A stretch of 42,746 nt of DNA from Candidatus Micrarchaeota archaeon. GTDB taxonomy: Archaea; B1Sed10-29. Position 1 is the first letter of the stretch. The number at the start of each line of letters is the position of its first letter. The notes below the pieces were generated by a model. That model had not been told where the DNA came from. It made no database searches and saw only the letters and a program-made list of their open reading frames with translations. The stretch covers positions 24,068 to 66,813 of the forward strand of contig CAYLXZ010000001.1 in NCBI GenBank assembly GCA_964388265.1. Direction: 5' to 3'. The position numbers and the translations under genes were made by a program. This document shows positions 34,638-42,118 of this stretch, in pieces.

Positions 34638-35107
34638 CTACGCTAGACCTCTCAACAGCCTTCATAATAATCCTATCAATCACCATATTCACCCAAACAC
34701 ACCACCATCAAATCACAAGCCATTCAATAAGAAATCAAAAGAAGATAAATACACAGAAAAAACTATACACTGCCACAGAGTCACTGATAACCACGCCAGG
34801 GAAACCTAGAGGATGGGAAAAACAACCGCACAAATCTCAAATACTAGGACTAGCAGAATACAAAGAAAACACAGCGAAACACCATGAAATAAACAGAGAA
34901 AAACTAGAAGAAATGAAGAAACTTCCACTAGAAACCATTAAAGGTAAACTAGGGCTTGAAGACCTGCAAATATCCGTAGAAATACAGAAACTAGACGGAG
35001 AGAATCTGATGAAGAAAACCGACCTAGAGAAAAAGAACCCTATCCAAGTAAAGAGAATAGCTCTCATGGAGGGAGAAATACTTGTCTTCAAACTACAAGC
35101 CAAATAA
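34613..35107 (+). CDS. Pilin-like protein (class III signal peptide). The track ORF starts at 34595.
   Basis: MVPRKG/QITTLDLSTAFIIILSITIF. Confidence 0.55.
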   Translation: MVPRKGQITTLDLSTAFIIILSITIFTQTHHHQITSHSIRNQKKINTQKKLYTATESLITTPGKPRGWEKQPHKSQILGLAEYKENTAKHHEINREKLEEMKKLPLETIKGKLGLEDLQISVEIQKLDGENLMKKTDLEKKNPIQVKRIALMEGEILVFKLQAK

Positions 35108-35390
35108 AGGATACATAATGTCCCTGGAAGCCCTGATATGCCTAGCCATACTCACAGTCTCCCTAGCGCAAGTTCAAATAAAACCAAAACCAGATTTAAA
35201 TGAAGAACTCACCTATCAGTTAACCCAAGACATAGTAGAAACATGCATAAAGAACAATACACCCAACAAGAAATGCTTCAGCAAAATAACTAAAATAAAC
35301 CCACACATAACCCTAGATAAAAAAGGAAACATAACTTTCACCCGAAAGATAGATGGAGAAAAGAATAACATAACGTTTAAACTAAGTTAA
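35082..35390 (+). CDS. Pilin-like protein, TTG start
   Basis: ...NKG/YIMSLEALICLAILTVSLAQ. An alternative ATG lies at 35118. Confidence 0.5.
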   Translation: MSSNYKPNKGYIMSLEALICLAILTVSLAQVQIKPKPDLNEELTYQLTQDIVETCIKNNTPNKKCFSKITKINPHITLDKKGNITFTRKIDGEKNNITFKLS

Positions 35391-35744
35391 ATCTCTCAGG
35401 ACCCTGACCCTATCCCCAGAACTGAATTTATAATTATTCAACCTACAAGATTCTCTCCAAGGTACCTCGGAACTTAAGTTATTGGAAGATACCACTAAAG
35501 AACCAGATCCAGTATCTATATCTACAGAGAAAGAAACTTCAGTTACAAACACCTGTTCCCTGCCTAGAGAAACGAGTTCCTCACAGCCACTCGAAACATC
35601 CTTGGCAAGAGAATCCAAACGCGTCTTCAATACAACTTCCCGAGAAACACCTTCAACCTCTGAAACCAAAGGAAGAACCACAAGCAAAATAGAGATCGAT
35701 ACAGAAAACACCAAAAGATACTCCAACGAAACCTGTGCCCTCAT
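35382..35744 (-). CDS. Pilin-like protein (class III signal peptide)
   Basis: MRAQ/VSLEYLLVFSVSISILLVVL. Third gene of a minus-strand pilin operon. Confidence 0.65.
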   Translation of the reverse strand: MRAQVSLEYLLVFSVSISILLVVLPLVSEVEGVSREVVLKTRLDSLAKDVSSGCEELVSLGREQVFVTEVSFSVDIDTGSGSLVVSSNNLSSEVPWRESCRLNNYKFSSGDRVRVLRDLT

Positions 35745-35749
35745 CCTAC

Positions 35750-35917
35750 CTACCCTATATCCGTCTCCTCATCAAGAACCATCTCAGCCTCCTTATCCAA
35801 CCTACTCCCAGCTTCACTGGAAAAACTCTCCAGTCCACTTATAAGAACTAAAGCAACCGCTATCAACGCGGCTAAAACAATTATTAACTCCGCTGAAACC
35901 TGCGCATCATCTTCCAT
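35750..35917 (-). CDS. Small Flp-like pilin (55 aa), not in the ORF track
   Basis: My own translation: MEDDAQVSAELIIVLAALIAVALVLISGLESFSSEAGSRLDKEAEMVLDEETDIG*. The stop lies 5 nt before the next start. Confidence 0.65.
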   Translation of the reverse strand: MEDDAQVSAELIIVLAALIAVALVLISGLESFSSEAGSRLDKEAEMVLDEETDIG

Positions 35918-35922
35918 GGACA

Positions 35923-36093
35923 TCACCCTGTTATATTATCAATTTCACCCATCAACTCATCAGTAGATTCATTCAACTTCGATACTGCTTTCTCCGAAGT
36001 GCCGGAGAGATTCTGGATTAACAAGAGAGAAAAACCCACTACAGCCGCCATTATTATTAAAAGCTCCGCCGATATCTGAGCTCTATTCTCCAT
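35923..36093 (-). CDS. Small Flp-like pilin (56 aa), not in the ORF track
   Basis: My own translation: MENRAQISAELLIIMAAVVGFSLLLIQNLSGTSEKAVSKLNESTDELMGEIDNITG*. Paralogue of 35750..35917. Confidence 0.65.
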   Translation of the reverse strand: MENRAQISAELLIIMAAVVGFSLLLIQNLSGTSEKAVSKLNESTDELMGEIDNITG

Positions 36094-36271
36094 TATACCA
36101 CTGTTTTACTTTTCTCATCTTCAATTAAACGGATTTTTCCCCTTCTCTAGGTTAACTTGAGTTAAATGTAGTGCCTAAAACTAAGCTTTTCTTTTGGAAA
36201 AAGAAAACCTTAACCTCACCAAAAGAAAACCATTGTTCACAACTAACTTCACTGGTTCTTCAAAGAAAGTG

Positions 36272-36279
36272 ATTTAAAT
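36272..36279 (+). promoter_or_regulatory. TATA box (atttaaat) ~26 nt upstream of ATG 36301, implying a leaderless transcript
   Basis: Position and sequence only. Confidence 0.4.
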
Positions 36280-36300
36280 CTCGAATACCCAATATTCACA

Positions 36301-37011
36301 ATGGCTAGTTTTAGTGAAGACAGAGACTCTACGGAAGAGAAGGAGCTACTCGACATAGTGCTCGATATGATGGCGGAGAACGAGCCAAAGGACGAGATAA
36401 TAAACTCCCTTATCGAAACAGGGTTAAATGAAGAAGAAGCTCAAAAAGTATACGAAAAAGCCAAAGAGGAATACGAAAAGAAGATAGGATCAAGAATAAG
36501 CCAAAGAGTCGATGAATTGTTCGAAGAAAAGAAAGAGAACATGATGAATCGAATGGACGCAAAGATAGAGAACTTGAAAGATGATCTAGAGACAAAGAGA
36601 GATCTAAATAAATCAGAACAAAAAGAATACGTGGACAACAAGATAAAAGATGTAAAAGGGAAGATAGAAGACCTAGAAGACCAGTTATTCAGCCTTAGAT
36701 CCAAAGAAGAATCGGACTACAAGGAACTATCCGAAAAAATAGGGGGAATCGAACCATCCTCAAAATACAAGAAGATGCTAGCATTCATCCTCATACTTTC
36801 AGGTGTAATAATGATAATCTACGGAGCCCTAAGATTAGACGCCATTCCCGCTTTACTCGAAAAAGAAATACCGAAAATCCTCATGGGAATAGCACTAGAG
36901 GCCGTACTGATACTAACAGGTATAATAGCAATGAAGTTCGGTAAAGATATATACGTAGAAAGCTCAAAAACAAGATCAACAGAGGAAATGCATTCATGGG
37001 TAACAGAATAG
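36301..37011 (+). CDS. Coiled-coil protein with two C-terminal TM helices, function unknown
   Basis: Acidic helical N-terminus, heptad-like K/E/D stretch, then two hydrophobic helices. Confidence 0.5.
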   Translation: MASFSEDRDSTEEKELLDIVLDMMAENEPKDEIINSLIETGLNEEEAQKVYEKAKEEYEKKIGSRISQRVDELFEEKKENMMNRMDAKIENLKDDLETKRDLNKSEQKEYVDNKIKDVKGKIEDLEDQLFSLRSKEESDYKELSEKIGGIEPSSKYKKMLAFILILSGVIMIIYGALRLDAIPALLEKEIPKILMGIALEAVLILTGIIAMKFGKDIYVESSKTRSTEEMHSWVTE

Positions 37012-37688
37012 ACACCAAACTCAAGACACTGGAGAACAAGAAGAAAAAGAAGATAGAAAAAACGGATAGGCTTAGAGAAGAAGCCGAAGAAGAAAAAGAA
37101 AAAAGAAACAGAGAAAACGAGAAAGTATCCGAACACAAAGACAAAAGAGAAGAGATAAACAAGAAGAAATCCAAGAAAGAAGAAAAACTACAAAAACTCA
37201 AAGAAGAAGCAGAAAAATTAGAGAAAGAACTGGAAAAAAACCCAGAAAAGTACAAGAAACAACACAACAGGCTCTACTGGAAATATCAAACCGAGCCAGT
37301 TTCCGGAGAAGAAGAAAAAGAACTCGTTGAAAAGATAGAGGAACTAGAAGAAAAGAAAGAAAAAGCAGAAAAACTAGAAGAGAAAAAGAAGCAGATTGAC
37401 AAACTAAAGAAACAGATAAAAGACCTAGCCACAGAAGCCAACATACACCACGAAATGGTGGTGAAGCACGCTAAAAAAAGCGAAGAACACCATCAAGAAA
37501 TGATGGAGAAGTACGGAGAACTAGATTCAATTGAAGAAGAGATAAACGACATAAAAAACAAGATAGAGAACGTTAAGGAAAAGAAATCCCAGCCAATCAC
37601 TGGTAAAGAGAATAAAAAACAATTTGCAGAACAGAACCTAGAAGAATTCAAAGAAAAAGGAAAAATAACCCTAAACAGAGTATCATGA
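36996..37688 (+). CDS. Highly charged K/E coiled-coil protein, function unknown
   Basis: 230 aa, almost entirely K/E/L heptads. Overlaps the upstream gene by 16 nt. Confidence 0.5.
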   Translation: MGNRIDTKLKTLENKKKKKIEKTDRLREEAEEEKEKRNRENEKVSEHKDKREEINKKKSKKEEKLQKLKEEAEKLEKELEKNPEKYKKQHNRLYWKYQTEPVSGEEEKELVEKIEELEEKKEKAEKLEEKKKQIDKLKKQIKDLATEANIHHEMVVKHAKKSEEHHQEMMEKYGELDSIEEEINDIKNKIENVKEKKSQPITGKENKKQFAEQNLEEFKEKGKITLNRVS

Positions 37689-37697
37689 GGTGATAAA

Positions 37698-38021
37698 ATC
37701 ACAAAAAGAACCAAGAACGAGATAACCGATGAAGAAATAGCCTATGAACTGGTAGATCTCTACGTTAGAGAGATATCAAGAGGCGGAGAAAGACGAAGAA
37801 TGGGACTAGACACCATAATAAACGCCTATTACTACACATTAACCCGGTTAAGAAGAAAGAAAGAAGAGTTAGGGCAACTAGAAGAAGCAGTGAAGAAAGA
37901 AGAAGCAGCAGAAGAACTTGATCTACCTGTAGGGGAAGAAGAACTACCGTTCGAAGAAGAACTCAAGAAAGCAGCTAGAGAAGCAAAACAGGAACTAGAA
38001 GAAAAAGAACAAGAGAACTAA
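37698..38021 (+). CDS. Small acidic protein. The track ORF starts at ATG 37800, but the frame is open from 37689; candidate ATC start at 37698.
   Basis: The open frame continues directly after the TGA of the upstream gene and encodes the non-low-complexity peptide ITDEEIAYELVDLYVREISRGGERRRMGLDTIINAYYYTL. GGTGAT plus a 3-nt spacer precede ATC. Confidence 0.35.
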   Translation: MTKRTKNEITDEEIAYELVDLYVREISRGGERRRMGLDTIINAYYYTLTRLRRKKEELGQLEEAVKKEEAAEELDLPVGEEELPFEEELKKAAREAKQELEEKEQEN

Positions 38022-39157
38022 GTAAGAATCTCCACGATATCCCCATCGCTCAACTCAGAGTCCCTACCGAGTTTCTCACCAGTCCTAGCATCAATAGCGC
38101 CTTTAAAGTCATCTCCAATATCTGAATGTATAGCATAAGCTAGATCAATAGCGGAAGAACCTTCATCCAGCAAGTAAGCGTCAGGAAGAACTCTCTCTTC
38201 TTTGTCAGTGTACTTGGAGCTTGATTCAACGGGGTAAACAGCTATCTTTCCAAGTTCATCGAACACCAATTTATTCAACGCATCTTGAACTCCAGTGGAA
38301 CCATATTCATCCAGTACCTCTCTCTGAATGAACTCCAGTCCTTTCCTCTTCTCCTCTTCCATATCTTCCTTTATCTCAAAGGAATCTTTGCCAGGGATGT
38401 AATCTATTATATCTTTTTCATCTGCTTCACGTAGAGCCAGTTCACTCTCAGCGCAGACTGGAATTATATCATAATCGCTTTTAAGACGCTCGTAGTTATC
38501 TTCCGCTTCATCTATATCTATCTTATTCCCAGCAAGGATAATTGGCTTGGTTCTTTCCCTTATTCTACGTGAAAGATCCAGTAAGTCATCGTATTCTTCT
38601 AGAGCTTTCTTAACCTGTATCTCAGTTACTCCTAACCCGGTTAATTTACCATGGATTAATTCATAGAGCTTCTTATCTGTCTTCTCTGCTTCCTCTTTCC
38701 ATGAATTCCACTTTTCCTCCAGCAGTCCTTTTATCCAGTGATCTATCTCTCTGTACAGGAACTCTATATCTTCCTCTGGATCATGTCCAGATGTGGGATT
38801 TCCCTGTTCATCCGTTCTGCCTGAGAGATCTACTATATGGATCAACCCACTCGCTTCCATTAAGTCACTGAGGAACTGGTTACCCAGACCTTTTCCTTCA
38901 TGTGCTCCTGGAACCAATCCAGCTACATCCAGAATCTTCACAGGAATCAATCTGGTTCCGTCTCTACATTGAGAGTTCACCGGTTCACACTCTACGTCTA
39001 GCTCCTGGCATGGGCATTCCTTTGTCACGTAGGTTACTCCTTTTGTGGATTCAATAGTGGTGAATATCCTGTTGCTGATCTCCACGTCCACCAAGGTAGC
39101 TGCCTTGAAGAAAGTGGATTTACCTGTGTTGCTCTTTCCCGTTAAACCGAGTTTCAT
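38018..39157 (-). CDS. Obg-family GTPase (YchF/Ygr210-like) with C-terminal TGS domain
   Basis: G1 GKSNTGKST, G3 DVAGLVPGA, G4 GNKID, C-terminal SDGDIVEILT. Confidence 0.85.
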   Translation of the reverse strand: MKLGLTGKSNTGKSTFFKAATLVDVEISNRIFTTIESTKGVTYVTKECPCQELDVECEPVNSQCRDGTRLIPVKILDVAGLVPGAHEGKGLGNQFLSDLMEASGLIHIVDLSGRTDEQGNPTSGHDPEEDIEFLYREIDHWIKGLLEEKWNSWKEEAEKTDKKLYELIHGKLTGLGVTEIQVKKALEEYDDLLDLSRRIRERTKPIILAGNKIDIDEAEDNYERLKSDYDIIPVCAESELALREADEKDIIDYIPGKDSFEIKEDMEEEKRKGLEFIQREVLDEYGSTGVQDALNKLVFDELGKIAVYPVESSSKYTDKEERVLPDAYLLDEGSSAIDLAYAIHSDIGDDFKGAIDARTGEKLGRDSELSDGDIVEILT

Positions 39158-39227
39158 GTTACCCTATAATTTATCAATTTCAAGTAATAAAAGAATACAG
39201 AAGAGATAAAGAGGTTTGACTGGAAAA

Positions 39228-40589
39228 ATGACACAGACTTGGGCAGACAAACACGCTCCTGAGAAACTCTCGGACGTAGTAGGACATACAACTACCGTGA
39301 AGAAAGTGAGAGAATGGGCAGAGAACTGGAAGAAAGGGAAAGCAAAGAAACCTCTTTTACTGCACGGTCCACCAGGGTCAGGAAAGACAGCTATAGTTGA
39401 AGCAGTATCCAACGAATACAACTGGGAGTTACTGGAATTAAACGCAAGCGATAAAAGAAACAAAGAATCTATAGAGGATATAGCTGGAAGCGCGTCAACT
39501 TCAAATACTCTATCTGGGAAAAAGAGACTTATACTGTTCGACGAGGTGGACGGATTATTCAGACAGGACTACGGAGCAGCAGGAGCAATAAACCAGGTGA
39601 TAAAGGACTCCAGCTTCCCGATAATCCTCACAGCCAACGACGCCTACGACAAGAAACTGAAAACAATACGTAGAAAATGCCAGAAAGTAGAAGTGAAGAA
39701 AGTTCACCCATCCACGATAGCCAAGCTCCTGGGAAAAATAGCGAAAGAAAAAGAAATAGACATCGAGAAAGATACACTTAAAAAGATAGCTAAATCATCC
39801 GACGGAGACGTAAGAGGAGCAATAAACGACCTACAAGCACTAGCAGAAGGAAAAAAAGAACTAAACAAGGATGAAACCGAGATAATGGGTAAAAGAAGGA
39901 AGAAAGAATCAATATTCAAGGCTCTGAAACAGATACTGAAGAAGAGAGACTTCCAAGGATCAATGGACGCACTGAAAGACCTGGACGAAGACCCTGACTT
40001 CATATTGAAATGGATAGATGAAAACCTACCAAAAGAATATGAGGAACCACAGGAACTACACCAAGGATTTGAAAAAGTATCCAAAGCCGACAGGTACCTA
40101 GGAAGAGTATACAACAGACAGAACTTTGGTCTATGGAGATACGCGAATGCATTAATGGGTCCAGGAGTATCACTAGCCAAGGAACAGGAAAAATCAGGAT
40201 ACACAAAGTACCAATTCCCATCCTTAATAAGAAAACTAGGCTCCACGAAATCCGAAAGAAACACAAGAGAATCAATAGCCAGCAAGATAGGTGAAAGATG
40301 CCATGTATCCATGAAAACAGCAATAAACGACTACATACCTATGATAGAGGAAATGATGAACGAGAAAGACAAGAGAATAAGACTCACAGCCCAGTTCGAT
40401 TTTACAGAGAAAGAACTGAAACTACTAGGTGTTAGCCAGAGAAAAAGAACTCTGAAAAAAGCAAAAAAACTCAAAGAAGACTACATCTCAGGGAAAATCA
40501 CACAAGGTGAAGAAAAATCAGAAAAAAAGAAGGAAACTGAGGATAATGGAGAAACGGACTGCCCTCAAAGAAGCTTGAATCAATTCTAA
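39228..40589 (+). CDS. rfcL: Replication factor C large subunit
   Basis: WADKHAPEKLSDVVGH, Walker A HGPPGSGKT, DEVD, GDVRGAINDLQ. The track ORF starts 12 nt earlier at TTG. Confidence 0.85.
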   Translation: MTQTWADKHAPEKLSDVVGHTTTVKKVREWAENWKKGKAKKPLLLHGPPGSGKTAIVEAVSNEYNWELLELNASDKRNKESIEDIAGSASTSNTLSGKKRLILFDEVDGLFRQDYGAAGAINQVIKDSSFPIILTANDAYDKKLKTIRRKCQKVEVKKVHPSTIAKLLGKIAKEKEIDIEKDTLKKIAKSSDGDVRGAINDLQALAEGKKELNKDETEIMGKRRKKESIFKALKQILKKRDFQGSMDALKDLDEDPDFILKWIDENLPKEYEEPQELHQGFEKVSKADRYLGRVYNRQNFGLWRYANALMGPGVSLAKEQEKSGYTKYQFPSLIRKLGSTKSERNTRESIASKIGERCHVSMKTAINDYIPMIEEMMNEKDKRIRLTAQFDFTEKELKLLGVSQRKRTLKKAKKLKEDYISGKITQGEEKSEKKKETEDNGETDCPQRSLNQF

Positions 40590-40597
40590 GGTGGAAA

Positions 40598-40993
40598 ATG
40601 ACCAAGATACTAGACGCAGGCGCAATGATAAACTCAGATTCAATTGAAACAGATGAAGAGATCTACACCACTAATTCAGTTATTAATGAGTTAAAAGACT
40701 TGAAATCTAGCTCTTTAGCCGATGTGGCTAGATTACAGAGTGACTTAAAGGTCCTTAACCCGAAGCAAAAATATCTTGAAAGAGTAAAAAAGAAAGCTAA
40801 GGATATAGGTAGCTTAAACCATCTAAGCGATACGGATATAGAGGTTCTGGCCTTGGCGCTGGAAAAGGAAAGTAAGATAGTAACTGATGACTACACTGTA
40901 CAGAACCTCGCAGCACATCTAGATCTCGAATACCAAGGTATAATGAGAGGGGAAATAAAAAATAAGAGGAAATTCAAGAGATCAAGCAGTTAA
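40598..40993 (+). CDS. PIN-domain protein, Nob1-like, without a zinc ribbon
   Basis: ILDAGAMI...TTNSVINEL...LSDTDIEVLALALE...IVTDDYTVQNLA. No Cys pairs in the C-terminal tail. Confidence 0.65.
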   Translation: MTKILDAGAMINSDSIETDEEIYTTNSVINELKDLKSSSLADVARLQSDLKVLNPKQKYLERVKKKAKDIGSLNHLSDTDIEVLALALEKESKIVTDDYTVQNLAAHLDLEYQGIMRGEIKNKRKFKRSSS

Positions 40994-41790
40994 ACTTTTC
41001 TCTTTGGCTTTTCCGCTTCCTGTTCAGATGCGAGGCCTTCAGAGAAAAGAAGTTTAATTTGTTCTCTGTAGATAAAGGCCAGCCCGATTAAGATTAATAG
41101 TAAAACACCGTATACAGGGTTTTTTATGAAGGTTTCCTTGAATGACTTGATTGTTCCCTGTAGAGTCCAGCTGCTTATAGGATCCGTTTTCTGGTACCTG
41201 ATTTCGATGTCCCAGGTTCCTGTGTTCCAGTGGAACTCATGGCCAGCGAACTTATTGATAGGATCGGGAGAAATCTCTACGGATTCTTCTGAAAGAGAGT
41301 CATAGAGATCAATCCAGAGATTGGTGTTATCCGGTATTATTACCCCTGTATCTTCCTTATAGAACCTGAAGAGACTAGTGTCTAGTTCATAGGTCTTTAT
41401 TCTTCCTTTCTCCTCTACTAGTTCAGCCATCTCAGGAACATTATAGGTAATAATTACATTATGGGTCTTTTGTTTAACTGAAGTAGAGATGGAGAGATTC
41501 TCTACTCCTTCATCTATGCTTGTTCTTAGGTCATCATGGAACTCAGTCCATTTGCTTATGTTCTCAGTTGTTTCTGAGGATAATTCATCAAATACATCTG
41601 TTTCATATTCGTCATATTTCCTTAAGTAGTTGTTGGAGTCTAAACCAAGTCTAAATGTCTCTTTAACTTCTCCTACATTATTTTCATTTATATTTACGTT
41701 TATCTTATGGTTGTAGAGCTTAACTGATGATCCTACGGATATCAAGACCGTGAAGAGAATGGCAAAGGAGATTAAAGTTAATTTCTTCAT
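40990..41790 (-). CDS. Type I-like membrane protein (signal/TM, extracellular domain, C-terminal TM), function unknown
   Basis: MKKLTLISFAILFTVLISVGS start is preferred (the track ORF starts 90 nt upstream). C-terminal helix VYGVLLLILIGLAFIY. Confidence 0.5.
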   Translation of the reverse strand: MKKLTLISFAILFTVLISVGSSVKLYNHKINVNINENNVGEVKETFRLGLDSNNYLRKYDEYETDVFDELSSETTENISKWTEFHDDLRTSIDEGVENLSISTSVKQKTHNVIITYNVPEMAELVEEKGRIKTYELDTSLFRFYKEDTGVIIPDNTNLWIDLYDSLSEESVEISPDPINKFAGHEFHWNTGTWDIEIRYQKTDPISSWTLQGTIKSFKETFIKNPVYGVLLLILIGLAFIYREQIKLLFSEGLASEQEAEKPKRKV

Positions 41791-41850
41791 ATAGAAATAT
41801 ATGAACTTAATCTTTTTAAACAATAAGGGATTAATAAGAATGGTGTCTAG

Positions 41851-42096
41851 ATGACTGATAAAATAGGAGAGGTAACCCACTACTTCAATGACATAGATGT
41901 GGGAATAATAAAGCTTCAGGACAAGCTAGAGGCCGGAGACCGAATAAGGATAAAAGGCTCAACAACAGACTTCGAACAAGACGTTGAATCCATGGAGATA
42001 GACCAAGAAAAAGTCCAGGAAGCAGGAAAAGGAGAAAGCATTGGCCTCAAGGTAAAAGAAAGAGTAAGAGAAGACGATGAAGTATATAAAGTTTAA
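41851..42096 (+). CDS. Small beta-barrel protein resembling EF-Tu domain II
   Basis: 81 aa, VGIIKLQDKLEAGDRIRIKG...GESIGLKVKERVREDDEVY. Assigned by resemblance only. Confidence 0.4.
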   Translation: MTDKIGEVTHYFNDIDVGIIKLQDKLEAGDRIRIKGSTTDFEQDVESMEIDQEKVQEAGKGESIGLKVKERVREDDEVYKV

Positions 42097-42118
42097 AATT
42101 ACCGAGGATAAGATTTGA

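Noticed and set aside
36187-36207. Perfect 9-bp inverted repeat ttttctttt-gga-aaaagaaaa in the divergent spacer
   Set aside because: It is almost pure A/T, so stability is low and chance occurrence is high in this composition. It is not positioned at a gene end.
37686-37688. Genome-wide reassignment of UGA (or selenocysteine) as the explanation for the in-frame TGA
   Set aside because: Other well-delimited genes in the window terminate at TGA at the expected protein length. No SECIS-like element or selenoprotein context is evident.
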